From a virus (taxonomy: Duplodnaviria; Heunggongvirae; Uroviricota; Caudoviricetes): DNA of 64,000 bases. The stretch lies in IMG/VR virus record IMGVR_UViG_3300008107_000002, one strand, 5' to 3'. Shown here in pieces: positions 30,301-39,073 of this stretch; position 1 is the stretch's first letter, and every line of letters begins with the position of its first letter. The translations under genes were made by a program, and so were the position numbers. The notes under the pieces were generated by a model. The model worked only from the letters and a program-made list of their open reading frames with translations, did not search any database and was not told the DNA's origin.

Positions 30301-33300
30301 GAAATTATTCTTAAAGAATTTTTATTAAGTAAATTTGCGTAAACTGTATTTTGAGAATTTTGTAAAAATAAATTTGCTGGATTTGTAAGTACTGCATTAC
30401 TTCTTATAACATTAAACTTATATAATGTTTGAGATACTTGGTCTCCAGCAGTTACGTCAATTACCACAGTAGTAGTTCCTGGAGGAGTCAATACTGGTTG
30501 ACTCCAAGTACCTGAAGTAACCAATAACCTCTGTACTCCCATTCTAGATTGACTATCAGCTGTAAATGGTTTTATTGATATAGCTTTAACATAAAATGGT
30601 AACTCAATAGTATAATCAGTTTTAGTAGAAGTAAACAATGATGTAAGTTTACCATTGCTTAAAATAATATTTGAAAGATAAGAGTTAGAACTTTTTGCTT
30701 TGACTACTGTTACGGTATAATTTTGAATAGTAGCATTGTCACCAGCCGTTACCCTAATCGTACTGGTAGTAACAGGATTAGGTAAATTGATGTAAGAAGA
30801 ATATTCTCCCGACAACACAATGTTTCCATTAATTCTTACAGTTGATTCATTGTTAGATTTGTATGGAGAAATTCTATATTTTGTAGCAGAACCGTCAACT
30901 GATAACGTATAGTTGTATACATTTTTGTTAAAAGCTGGTTTAAGTATTCCTATATCAGGTATCAAGTTTAACAAGTAAGCATCTGTGCTAGATCCAATGC
31001 CGGCCCTGTTTATAAAAATGTTGTAGCCTGTTATAGTTTCTTTACTAGGAGACTCAACTACTACTGGAATGTTTTGGTTCCCTACATATACTCTAAAATA
31101 TGGAGAATAAGTTCCAGGCTGAACAATAAAGTTATTGTTCATTAAAATTGTTGAATATATATCAGTGGGATCTGCTTTAATTCTTATTTGATCGGTTACA
31201 TATGGAAGATTAAGATAATACTCGTAAGTATTAGAATTAAACACAGGAGTAAATGAGCCAGGATCTACTACGAGATTATCTAAAGTAGAAACACCGCTAG
31301 CCAGTTTGGTAACATTAAGGGTATAAGTTTTTTGATATATTGGATTAGCGGCTATTACTTTAACTGTGATAACATTCAATCCGTTCCATACTCCGTTATT
31401 ATAATTTCCGGACAATGGGACTGATCTTGCTACTCCAGATGTTGCAGGTACATTATTAATAAGAAGTTGGGCGTTTTGATCGTTAGTAAATGCAGTAATT
31501 TCAGTATTGGCACTTGTACCAGATACTGTGTAACTGTACGATGTAATATCAGCATCGAAAACGGGGGAGAGTGTTCCTTCTCCCGGTATTAGATAAGATA
31601 AATTATTGTCATAGTTAGATTCTCTTAATGCATTTATAGTATAGGTAGTTGTGCTTTCCTGATTTTGAGAAATAACTTTAATTGTTATGGTGCTAACAGT
31701 TCCTACTGAAGTTGGTATATTAGTAGATGTAGTCCCAGACAAAATATTAACGTTATTAATAGCAATTGTACTAGTAGGATCTGAAGAAAAAGGTCTAATC
31801 TTAACACCGGTAGTTCTATACCCTATAGGAAGATTATATTGTGTAATAGAAGAATTAAACGCAGGAGTTAACGTTCCTCCAAACACAATAACATTTGACA
31901 GTGTTGATACGCTACTACCTTTTCGAGTAATTGTTAATGTATAAGTTTTTTGTACAGTACTGTTAGGAGAAGTAACTCTTATAGGAATAGAAGTAGTTCC
32001 TACTAAAATAGGAATAGGTTGACTGCTTGCACCGGATAATGTTGTAGCACCATTAATAGAAAGCCCAGCACTAGCATCCCAAGTATTTGCAGTTATTGAT
32101 ATTGTTTTAATATCATTATTAACTAGAGCAGAGTACGCAACTGTGCTAGATGAGAATGAAGGAATTAAGGAACCTTCTGCAAAAGTTAATGAAGATAAGT
32201 CAGCATTAGAACTTAAATCTCGTAAAACATTTACTCTATAATTGTGTTCAGTAGTGTTATCAGAAGATTTTATTTTGCCAGTTATAACATTAATGCCTGT
32301 GGATAGACCACTTAATGTATATTGTTGACCGCTAGGAGTAAGTACACCATTAAAATATAATTGAGACCCTGAGTCAATAACTGTTCCAGTTAAAGAAATA
32401 CCAGTTATTGAATTTGGAATAGTTACATTATAATAGAAAGTATTTTTGTTAAAGCTAGGTGTAAGTGTTCCAGTTGATACAGATAGATTAGTAAGTAATG
32501 AAACGTTGCTTAATCTTATTGCTGTAATATAATAAGTTTTTGTTGTTCCGTCTTGAGCCGTAACTTCGACACTGATGTTATTGTAACCGAAGCTTAATGG
32601 TACAATTCCAATTTGTCCAGATATAACCGTACTTGTATTAACTTTAACTGTCGCAAATGAATTTGCAACAGTTGGTACAATATATAAATTAGTGTCTGTT
32701 TCAGTGACTACAATAGTATAAGATGTTACTGTTGGAGTAAACACCGGCGAAAGAGATGACGGGCTTACTAAAAGTGAAGACAGATTGTTATTAGAACTTT
32801 TAAGCCTGTCAATTGTAATAATATAAGTTCCGGTAGTTTGGTATTGTGATGAAACACTTATTGTAGCAGTTGTTAGTCCAACAATTAATGGAATAACAGG
32901 CCCTGTGGTACCAGAAATTACTGTAGTGGTGTTAACTTTTATAAACGATGTATCGGTAGAAACACTAGGTGTAAAATTTACAGATGATACAGTGTTTGTT
33001 ATTGTTAAATTATAATTTAAAACATTAGAATTAAATGCCGGTGACAACGTTCCGCTACTAACGGTAAGATTAGATAGAGTGATGTTATTGTTGTCAGCAG
33101 TAATTGGTCCATAGAAGTTTAGGCCAACAATGTACGGAAAATACGGAACACCAGTTGATGTTTCTGATAAAAAATATGCGTATGTGCCTTCTGGGTATTC
33201 GGGTGTTCGACAGAACCTTCCGTTATACACATCTAGCGTTACTCCGGTAGTATTGCTCCATGCCCAGTCTTCCATGAATATACCTAGAGGGAAAGACGCG

Positions 33301-34130
33301 GTAAGAGCTGTTCCGCTAGGTATATTAACTGTTTTGTTAAGTGTAATTTGTACACCAACGATTTTCATAATTCGAACATCATTGGGTAATCCGCCGCCGG
33401 TAACACTCATTCCAAGACCAAGTCCAGCCGCACTATAAACTAATAATTGTGTAGATGAAGTTACAGTTCCATTTACAATTAGTGTTTTAGTTGGTGGTCG
33501 GTTAGCCTTATTAACAGGATAAAATCCCGAAACCATTCTTATTACGGTACTGGCAGTATTCAATGCGCTCGAATAACCGTACGGTCCATATATAGGATAT
33601 CCGTCTCTTGCCCATCCTATAATTTTGCTGTGGCCGTCTTGAGATCTATAACCTGCTTCCCAAGTACTATCGGTTATAGTTCCCCAAGCATTATTACTAA
33701 CAAATCTTCCATCTTTGTAATTGTATGCTCCACTTGATGTTACGGCACCGCCATACAGGTCTTCACCTTGGATCCCTGCTTCAACTGCGTTTAATGTCCA
33801 AGCAGTATTGTTAAGCCCGTTAACATTAATGCCTGAACTTGGTCCGTAAAGAATAATTCCTACAGAAGTAATACCAATTGGGGTACTGCCCCCAGTTGCA
33901 GGTTTGATAGTTGCGGCAATAGTTTTACCACCACGTACTGGCCAGGTAAAATTAAAACTTTGTGATGCTATTGAATTAGAATTCTGTGTATTTGGAAAAG
34001 TTCCAACAGATACAGTGCCAAGTAAATTAAGTGTAGTAATCGCCCAAGTGGTCGCAGTTGTACTATAGTTTACTGTTAATTGACCGCCGGCACCATTGCC
34101 TGAAAAAGAGGTGCTAGGATTAAACGCCAT
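27318..34130 (-). CDS. giant adhesin-like structural protein (2270 aa) with internal duplication, cadherin-like beta-sandwich repeats and putative Ig (He_PIG-like) domains
   Basis: 6.8 kb ORF; two copies of a module containing DGHSxxIGxAxDGYPIYGPYGY and RxCxTPEYPxGTYAYF; about 8 repeats of LSxLxVSxGTLxPxFxxxxxxYxxxV; GSLPNGLTLNTSTGVISG Ig-like segment. Confidence 0.85.
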   Translation of the reverse strand: MAFNPSTSFSGNGAGGQLTVNYSTTATTWAITTLNLLGTVSVGTFPNTQNSNSIASQSFNFTWPVRGGKTIAATIKPATGGSTPIGITSVGIILYGPSSGINVNGLNNTAWTLNAVEAGIQGEDLYGGAVTSSGAYNYKDGRFVSNNAWGTITDSTWEAGYRSQDGHSKIIGWARDGYPIYGPYGYSSALNTASTVIRMVSGFYPVNKANRPPTKTLIVNGTVTSSTQLLVYSAAGLGLGMSVTGGGLPNDVRIMKIVGVQITLNKTVNIPSGTALTASFPLGIFMEDWAWSNTTGVTLDVYNGRFCRTPEYPEGTYAYFLSETSTGVPYFPYIVGLNFYGPITADNNNITLSNLTVSSGTLSPAFNSNVLNYNLTITNTVSSVNFTPSVSTDTSFIKVNTTTVISGTTGPVIPLIVGLTTATISVSSQYQTTGTYIITIDRLKSSNNNLSSLLVSPSSLSPVFTPTVTSYTIVVTETDTNLYIVPTVANSFATVKVNTSTVISGQIGIVPLSFGYNNISVEVTAQDGTTKTYYITAIRLSNVSLLTNLSVSTGTLTPSFNKNTFYYNVTIPNSITGISLTGTVIDSGSQLYFNGVLTPSGQQYTLSGLSTGINVITGKIKSSDNTTEHNYRVNVLRDLSSNADLSSLTFAEGSLIPSFSSSTVAYSALVNNDIKTISITANTWDASAGLSINGATTLSGASSQPIPILVGTTSIPIRVTSPNSTVQKTYTLTITRKGSSVSTLSNVIVFGGTLTPAFNSSITQYNLPIGYRTTGVKIRPFSSDPTSTIAINNVNILSGTTSTNIPTSVGTVSTITIKVISQNQESTTTYTINALRESNYDNNLSYLIPGEGTLSPVFDADITSYSYTVSGTSANTEITAFTNDQNAQLLINNVPATSGVARSVPLSGNYNNGVWNGLNVITVKVIAANPIYQKTYTLNVTKLASGVSTLDNLVVDPGSFTPVFNSNTYEYYLNLPYVTDQIRIKADPTDIYSTILMNNNFIVQPGTYSPYFRVYVGNQNIPVVVESPSKETITGYNIFINRAGIGSSTDAYLLNLIPDIGILKPAFNKNVYNYTLSVDGSATKYRISPYKSNNESTVRINGNIVLSGEYSSYINLPNPVTTSTIRVTAGDNATIQNYTVTVVKAKSSNSYLSNIILSNGKLTSLFTSTKTDYTIELPFYVKAISIKPFTADSQSRMGVQRLLVTSGTWSQPVLTPPGTTTVVIDVTAGDQVSQTLYKFNVIRSNAVLTNPANLFLQNSQNTVYANLLNKNSLRIISKGRTTYVTSDTFPNSYIRFPVLDQKIDVIYPYRGGERVPAEVPIYRDATTNTVGITVVGIPIRNPRSTTVAGLNSSTWSLDANFNIKTMPRDPYSGGPDNTGAYYYLNDKFVTNNAWANTQGWLGDYTHDDGHSRVIGFAADGYPIYGPYGYAYPTSPLGGVKQMTSGYTTKILPNRPPSVEVRTQFFADSNTILLQSVTGLQVGMRIFAAGLAKELDTTILQINTTTIVVDRSVSISVDIPITAYWPNGAFVEDYVYSITTATLDIHNGRYCVTPEYPIGTYAYFMTNKNGVPAYPYVIGNTFFGNLSDQVVTNTVKPTWVTTQGLLPIVTELLPASITLSATGPNVRYQLINGSLPNGLTLNTSTGVISGVPTVVWLTDRSEFVIRAYNQYGVVDRSFMIDVLGPTPPRFITPGIRPAVGPSGEKYLINGQIVDFQFTATTDILGPGREITYHIADGDGQLPPGLVLTNDGHLYGQVKDNLTLFYQLASNGAFDEQGWDAAPFEHVSLQAIGSGPRFINKTYQFIITASNAAGTARQLYQIDVNDPSSDISKYPVAPQWLTPSDLGSIRANTKQVIQFEIHDCDPGTGNITFDWEQVNEDLPVLPQDMVLDKISGTMSGYLRYTPVYSSVYSFKVRVLKTSPITGITTFRDKNFTITIQGATISKMKFITDSNVGTLYQGQQSELSILALHDDPNIKVRYSLQSGSLPPGIGLTQDGALAGVVPYNTATTVATTYSFNVLAIDSNLGSQLVKNFKVQVLPYQGQKYTKILLHPLLSIKDRLYWDTFINDPSVFDFSLLYRPYDPAFGVQKVLEFVLEWGVQELYIAQYVNSLQNYFYRKRLYFGELKSAFATDDNGDKLYEVVYVELIDNLVNDSGVPINPVVQYGDTTIYPNSIDGMRGAIESIASSSDDLLPKFMRTVQDNTGVPLGRIICLPLCYCLPGNSQLIIRKIETYGIDFKLITFDLDRITVLNTKDNSSAKYLLFPKRGFLT

Positions 34131-34216
34131 AACAAGGTTCCCAATTAAATGCTAACATTATCCAAAGATTTTCTGTCATACAGGTATTTACCTAAAACAG
34201 AAAACCTTTCTAATGC

Positions 34217-35041
34217 TTAAATTTCAAATAATTGTGTAATCTCGTCTCTTATATCTTCGTAAGGAACAATGTTTATAGCCTGTCCTTGAAAGCCGTCTAA
34301 TATAATTTTTATGGCCTTTTTCATATCTATACCCTTACTTTGTAGGTAGTATAGTTTATCAAAATTAAGATAGGAAGTACTACATCCTTGTGAAGATTCT
34401 ACGCCGTCACAGTCTACGTGTATATCAGGCTTACTGTAACATCTTCCGTTTTCTCCTATAACTAGGTTTGAAGATTCTATGTGGGTTTCGCTGCCGTCCG
34501 ATCCTTGTTCTAAAACAGACATTGATTGAAAAACTGTCTGACTATCTTTGCCTGCTATTCCTAAAATAACTTGATTACTAACGGTATCACAATGTCGATG
34601 AACTGTTTTAGTAATAATTTCGGTATCGCCACCAACTGTATTCATCATAAGACCGTAAGCATTAAATTCGCTACCTTCTTCGGGATACACTTGAATAATG
34701 TGCTTGTTTAACTTTCCGCCCTTGACAAATATTCCAAAATTGATTGCTCCGCCTTCTTCAACATGAACATCGTACAAAAATACTTGTTGAAGTTTGCTAT
34801 CTGCCTCATTAATAACAATAAGATCTAATTTAGCTTCAGCTTTTACATTGATCTTTATATGCTTCGCAAGCAGTTCTTTTTCAGTTGGATTTTGTCTTAA
34901 TACCATCATGTTTACTTGTTTTTCTGCAAGTTCGACAGTATTTGCATCGATAAGTTTAAATTCCTTACCTATGTATTTTTCTGGGCTGTATTGCCAATCC
35001 GGGTCGCCCTTTTCGGCTTTAAGAAAACTGTGAATCGCCAT
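34217..35041 (-). CDS. sufD: SufD/SufB-family (SUFBD beta-helix) protein, short form
   Basis: 274 aa; 23-nt overlap with sufC upstream as in suf operons; C-terminal SufBD-like region (GIFVKGG...QSMSVLEQGSDGSETHIESSNLVIG...YLQSKGI). Confidence 0.7.
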   Translation of the reverse strand: MAIHSFLKAEKGDPDWQYSPEKYIGKEFKLIDANTVELAEKQVNMMVLRQNPTEKELLAKHIKINVKAEAKLDLIVINEADSKLQQVFLYDVHVEEGGAINFGIFVKGGKLNKHIIQVYPEEGSEFNAYGLMMNTVGGDTEIITKTVHRHCDTVSNQVILGIAGKDSQTVFQSMSVLEQGSDGSETHIESSNLVIGENGRCYSKPDIHVDCDGVESSQGCSTSYLNFDKLYYLQSKGIDMKKAIKIILDGFQGQAINIVPYEDIRDEITQLFEI

Positions 35042-35744
35042 CTTCTATAATCCTTTTATATAATTCTTTATTACCCTGTTCTTTAATTTCGCCAGATACT
35101 AGGATGTGTACATGAGTGGGATTTACGGCATCTAATATTTTTTTATTGTTGCTAATAATTAATATACATTTGTCTTCATTAATATAGCTATTTAAAATAG
35201 TAGATACAATATCAATGTCCTCGTCTTCCATGTGTACATCAATATCGTCTATGAGAATAAAATCAGGATCACACATAAGCATTTGTAATAATTCATTCTT
35301 CTTAAGATCTGATTTTGATATATCGTCATAATCCATAAACTTTTGAGAATGAAATTTTTCCATACTTAAAAGGTCGCAGAACGAATTGTAATCTTTTTCT
35401 ATTTCTTGTTCGTTTCGTGGATCTGATCTTGATTTAAGGGTAGCCTTAACAAGTTCAATATTGATGAGTCCGGGTATTTCTGGCGGGTATTGAAATGTTG
35501 AAAACATTCCTAATCTAGCACGATCTTCTGCATCTAATTTTTTAAGATTTTTATTTTTATATGTAATACTGCCTTCTGTTTGTATAAGGCCCGGGTGTCC
35601 GCTTATAAGATGGATTAGACTACTTTTTCCAGATCCTCTTGGACCTAGTATAGCGTGTACTTCTCCTTTTTTAATTTCTAACGAAACATTTTTTAGTAAT
35701 TCTTTATGGTCTATTACGGCAGACACGTTTTTTATTGTTAGCAT
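35019..35744 (-). CDS. sufC: SufC Fe-S cluster assembly ATPase (ABC-type)
   Basis: 241 aa; Walker A GPRGSGKSS, SufC-like LGMFSTFQYPPEIPG, ABC signature and Walker B LILIDD/IDVHMED. Confidence 0.88.
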   Translation of the reverse strand: MLTIKNVSAVIDHKELLKNVSLEIKKGEVHAILGPRGSGKSSLIHLISGHPGLIQTEGSITYKNKNLKKLDAEDRARLGMFSTFQYPPEIPGLINIELVKATLKSRSDPRNEQEIEKDYNSFCDLLSMEKFHSQKFMDYDDISKSDLKKNELLQMLMCDPDFILIDDIDVHMEDEDIDIVSTILNSYINEDKCILIISNNKKILDAVNPTHVHILVSGEIKEQGNKELYKRIIEDGDSQFS

Positions 35745-35751
35745 TTTTTTA

Positions 35752-35780
35752 ATTATAATAGTTTATGACAGATTTGTCAA
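35752..35780 (-). promoter_or_regulatory. sigma70-like promoter TTGACA-17-TATAAT immediately upstream of sufC (near-leaderless)
   Basis: minus-strand TTGACA 35780-35775, 17-nt spacer, TATAAT 35757-35752; -10 ends 8 nt from the sufC ATG. Confidence 0.5.
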
Positions 35781-35881
35781 AGTTAAGGTTTGTTTTTGTC
35801 TCCTCCTATGCTATCAATAATATTTTACTCGAATATTTATGATAGGTAAATAAATGCACTTATTTTTAAAGGATTTCTATC

Positions 35882-36184
35882 ATGGAATTAATTTTCGGAC
35901 TTATTTTTATTGGATTAGTAGGAGTATACCTATACAACAGGAAGACTACAGAAACTTCAACATCAGTTGCTGAGGCAGCTCCAGTTGCTGAAGAAGTTAA
36001 ACCAGTTGTTGAGGCAGCTCCGGTTGTTGAGGCAGCTCCGGTTGTTGAGGCAGCTCCTGCAAAGGCAGCACGTAAACCACGTACTCCTAAAGCAGTTGCA
36101 AAGCCATCCGCTACCAAGCCCGCCGCAAAAAAGCCAGCAGTTAAAAAGCCAGCCGCACGTACTGCCAAGTCAAAGAAGGCCTAA
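35882..36184 (+). CDS. small membrane-anchored Pro/Ala/Val-repeat, Lys-rich (histone H1/AlgP-like tail) protein
   Basis: 100 aa; N-terminal TM LIFGLIFIGLVGVYLY, (E)AAPVVE x4, C-terminal AKPSATKPAAKKPAVKKPAARTAKSKKA; AAAGGA RBS 8 nt upstream; an antisense ORF (35866..36168) is the alternative reading. Confidence 0.5.
   Translation: MELIFGLIFIGLVGVYLYNRKTTETSTSVAEAAPVAEEVKPVVEAAPVVEAAPVVEAAPAKAARKPRTPKAVAKPSATKPAAKKPAVKKPAARTAKSKKA
36002..36055. repeat. 3 x 18-bp perfect/near-perfect tandem repeat (ccRgttgttgaggcagct)
   Basis: 36002-36019, 36020-36037 and 36038-36055 are identical except the third base of the first unit; encodes PVVEAA units. Confidence 0.8.
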
Positions 36185-37210
36185 TTCTTTAGCCTGCTTG
36201 TGTAAAGCAAAACTAGCTAAATTTTTACCTTTTGATTCGGCCATAATGTCGAATCGATCTAAAAAGCTCAAAGCCCATTCGTTGGTACTTTTATTCCAAT
36301 AGAAGTCAGAATGTGCTCTGAGCTTTTGTTTTTTATATCCATTCTCTAAAAGACTCTTGTAGTCAGGGACTACAGAAGGGTCATGATCCACGAGATAATC
36401 TTCGCGGCTGATAGAGTAATGCATAGTAGGCCGAACACCGCGCCAAGACTGAACCACCCGATCAACACGGGAGTCCACGGGGGAGATATATTCGCCTGTT
36501 TTAATCCAATGGTGATGAATATCAAGAACGATAGGTACCAAATCAGTAAGCTCAATACAATCATCTAACCCCCAGGCGTTTTCTTCGTTTTCAATGGTGA
36601 TACAGTTTCTTGCTTCGGGGGTAAGTCTTTTGTAGGCAGTTCGAATACCTTCGGGACCTTGTTTACCCGAGATGTGTACGTTGATTTTAAAATCCTGGAA
36701 TTGTTTACCGAAGCCCATCCACCTGACCATATCTGCATGATATTCAAATTCCTCTATTGATCTTTCTACAATACCTGGATTACAACTTGCCAGCACAGTA
36801 AACTGACCAGGATGAAAAGACAACCGAACGTTATTCTTGCGAGCCAGATCTCCCACGGATCTAAATTCTCTTTCGCAATACGCTCGAACATCGGAAAGCC
36901 GCCAAAACCTGCTCCAAACTGACTGAGTATATACAGGTAATATATCGCTACTGAGTCGTACCATTCTACAATTTTCATCTAGTGTGCTCACACGTTCGAC
37001 CAGCTTTCGAGTAGATTCAATGTTACCTACCATAAGGTCCCATAGCTTTTGTTCTGCTACTTCTGTGGTCTGTCTATTTAACCATGCAACGGTTGTAGAG
37101 CCAGTATTATATTGTTTAGCGTCATCTTTTGCATTTATGCCATTTACTTGATCGGGATGATCAATCCATTTACATGCAAAACCAATTTTAGGAATTTTGA
37201 TATTTTTCAA
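36170..37210 (-). CDS. uvdE: UV DNA damage endonuclease (UvdE/UvsE family)
   Basis: 346 aa; blocks RLSSDILPVYT, LSFHPGQFTVLAS, NVHISG, ITIENEE and LDIHHHW align with B. subtilis UvsE (RFSSSIVPLATH, TSFHPNQFTLFTS, NIHIGG, TLENDD, FDFHHF). Confidence 0.8.
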   Translation of the reverse strand: MKNIKIPKIGFACKWIDHPDQVNGINAKDDAKQYNTGSTTVAWLNRQTTEVAEQKLWDLMVGNIESTRKLVERVSTLDENCRMVRLSSDILPVYTQSVWSRFWRLSDVRAYCEREFRSVGDLARKNNVRLSFHPGQFTVLASCNPGIVERSIEEFEYHADMVRWMGFGKQFQDFKINVHISGKQGPEGIRTAYKRLTPEARNCITIENEENAWGLDDCIELTDLVPIVLDIHHHWIKTGEYISPVDSRVDRVVQSWRGVRPTMHYSISREDYLVDHDPSVVPDYKSLLENGYKKQKLRAHSDFYWNKSTNEWALSFLDRFDIMAESKGKNLASFALHKQAKELGLL

Positions 37211-37679
37211 GGAGTTCAGGACTGTATTGAGGAATATTAATTATACTTGATTCTTCTAGTTTTGTCAATTCCAATTCGTATACTCTGCGCCTGAGGTCGC
37301 TACTGCTATATTGGTGTTTTCGCTTATGGTAATGTAATTCAATACCGTTATTAAGGCAATATTGCTTTCCGGTAAAATCTCTATTCAAATATTCTTCACT
37401 CAAAAATCTTACATGAATAGTTTGAGTTTGTATTAAGTTAAGAAGATCTTGTTCTGTTTCGTATACAAGGATTTCATCTACATATTTACAACCTTGTAAC
37501 TGAACATATCTTTCGTAAACACTCTGAACGGGCTTATTTTTTATTCCCGGACGATCTACGGTAGGATCTACTTGTAACGCAACTATTAAATAGTCGCATA
37601 AGTTTTTTTCCATTTTTAACATTGTTACATGTCCTGCATGAAACAAATCAAAAGAACTACAATTAAAACCTATTTTCAT
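37188..37679 (-). CDS. cytidylyltransferase-family nucleotidyltransferase, paralog 2
   Basis: 163 aa; CSSFDLFHAGHV signature; clearly paralogous to 22131..22595 (shared LCDYLIVALQ/LIAALQ...DPT(V/I)DRP...VYET(E)QDL). Confidence 0.8.
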   Translation of the reverse strand: MKIGFNCSSFDLFHAGHVTMLKMEKNLCDYLIVALQVDPTVDRPGIKNKPVQSVYERYVQLQGCKYVDEILVYETEQDLLNLIQTQTIHVRFLSEEYLNRDFTGKQYCLNNGIELHYHKRKHQYSSSDLRRRVYELELTKLEESSIINIPQYSPELLEKYQNS

Positions 37680-37680
37680 G

Positions 37681-38133
37681 TTAGACCTTTTTAAGTGACC
37701 AAGACCCGTCCTTGTTATCTTCCCACTCTAGCGTGTCTCCTTCTTTCCAACCTGCCTTTTCTAGCATGTCTGGGGGGAACGTTAGGATAGCATCTCCGGT
37801 TTCGGGGTCTTCTTCTACATCAAGTGTCCAAGCCTGAGGCGATAGTTTTACTGATTTGATATTCATAACACGCATGGCCCGCCAAGCAGAATTTTCCAAA
37901 GACCATACAGTAACTACATTAAAGTTGGTAGCAATATCAACAACATCATCACTAATGACTCTTCCGACTGCATTCATTAGTTCTTCGTTAAGGGTACACA
38001 TCATAGAACGAGAAGTTCCGTCGACTTTTGTAAAATCAACGAGACACCTGCCCTTTTTTAAAATTTCTCGAACAGCATGAAATCTGGCTTCTTCGTTTAA
38101 GTCGCTATCTTTTTCAAAAATAATTTCGTCCAT
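37681..38133 (-). CDS. hypothetical protein (C-terminal AbrB/MazE-like swapped-hairpin-like segment possible)
   Basis: 150 aa; C-terminus [23 protein letters not shown]. Confidence 0.55.
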   Translation of the reverse strand: MDEIIFEKDSDLNEEARFHAVREILKKGRCLVDFTKVDGTSRSMMCTLNEELMNAVGRVISDDVVDIATNFNVVTVWSLENSAWRAMRVMNIKSVKLSPQAWTLDVEEDPETGDAILTFPPDMLEKAGWKEGDTLEWEDNKDGSWSLKKV

Positions 38134-39073
38134 CTTCTTTTCCTAATTTAGTTTTAAAATAATTAATTGTTTTTTGTAGCCCGGTTTCTAAATCAATGGT
38201 AGGTTCCCATTTTAACATCTGTTTTGTTTTGTTTATATTTGGCTGTCTTTGTTTTGGATCATCTTGGGGTAAGGGCATTTGAAGAATTTGACTATTTGTA
38301 CCTGTAAGTTTAATAACCATATTGGCTAAATCAAACATGGTAAATTCTCCGGGATTTCCTAAATTTAAAGGACCAATTACTTCATTGTCAGTATTCATCA
38401 TTGCCATCATTCCGTTAATTAGATCATCCACATAACAGAAACTTCTAGTTTGTAATCCACTGCCGTAGATTGTAATATTCTTTCCACGCAAGGCTTGTAC
38501 AATAAAATTACTCACTACCCGACCATCGTCTGTAGCCATTCGGGGTCCATATGTATTAAAAATACGAACTATCTTTGCATTGACATTGTGTACTCTATAA
38601 TAGTCATAGAATAGTGTTTCTGCGGCACGTTTACCTTCATCGTAGCAACTACGGATACCGATTGGATTTACATTACCCCAATATTCTTCTGGTTGCGGGT
38701 GTACTTTAGGATCGCCGTATACTTCGCTAGTGCTGGCTTGAAGAATTTTAGCACCTGTACGTTTTGCTAATCCTAATAAATTGTATGCTCCTAATACATT
38801 TGTTTTCATAGTATGTATAGGATCCCATTGATATGCCTGTGGGCTAGCAGGACATGCTAAATTGTAGATTTCATCTACTTCAACATATAATGGAAAACAA
38901 ATATCCTGACGCATTACTTCAAAGTTTTTATAATCAAGTAAATGCTCTATATTTGTTTTTGCTCCTGTAAAATAATTATCTACACAAAGAACGTGATGCC
39001 CTTCGTTCACTAACCTATCACATAGATGACTACCGAGAAATCCGGCACCGCCGGTTACTAAAACCTTTTTCAT
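38114..39073 (-). CDS. UDP-glucuronate decarboxylase (UDP-xylose synthase)-type NAD-dependent SDR
   Basis: 319 aa; [33 protein letters not shown] (YxxxK) and overall colinearity with UXS/ArnA-C. Confidence 0.9.
   Translation of the reverse strand: MKKVLVTGGAGFLGSHLCDRLVNEGHHVLCVDNYFTGAKTNIEHLLDYKNFEVMRQDICFPLYVEVDEIYNLACPASPQAYQWDPIHTMKTNVLGAYNLLGLAKRTGAKILQASTSEVYGDPKVHPQPEEYWGNVNPIGIRSCYDEGKRAAETLFYDYYRVHNVNAKIVRIFNTYGPRMATDDGRVVSNFIVQALRGKNITIYGSGLQTRSFCYVDDLINGMMAMMNTDNEVIGPLNLGNPGEFTMFDLANMVIKLTGTNSQILQMPLPQDDPKQRQPNINKTKQMLKWEPTIDLETGLQKTINYFKTKLGKEDGRNYF

Noticed and set aside
36002-36055. Possible CRISPR array
   Set aside because: The repeats are contiguous 18-bp units with no spacers and are in-frame coding sequence; not CRISPR
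35866-36168. Minus-strand Ala/Gly-rich ORF antisense to the PVVEAA-repeat gene
   Set aside because: Translation is low-complexity poly-Ala/Gly produced by reading the GC-rich repeat backwards; the plus-strand frame has an RBS, a TM helix and a coherent Lys-rich tail. Kept as the alternative only
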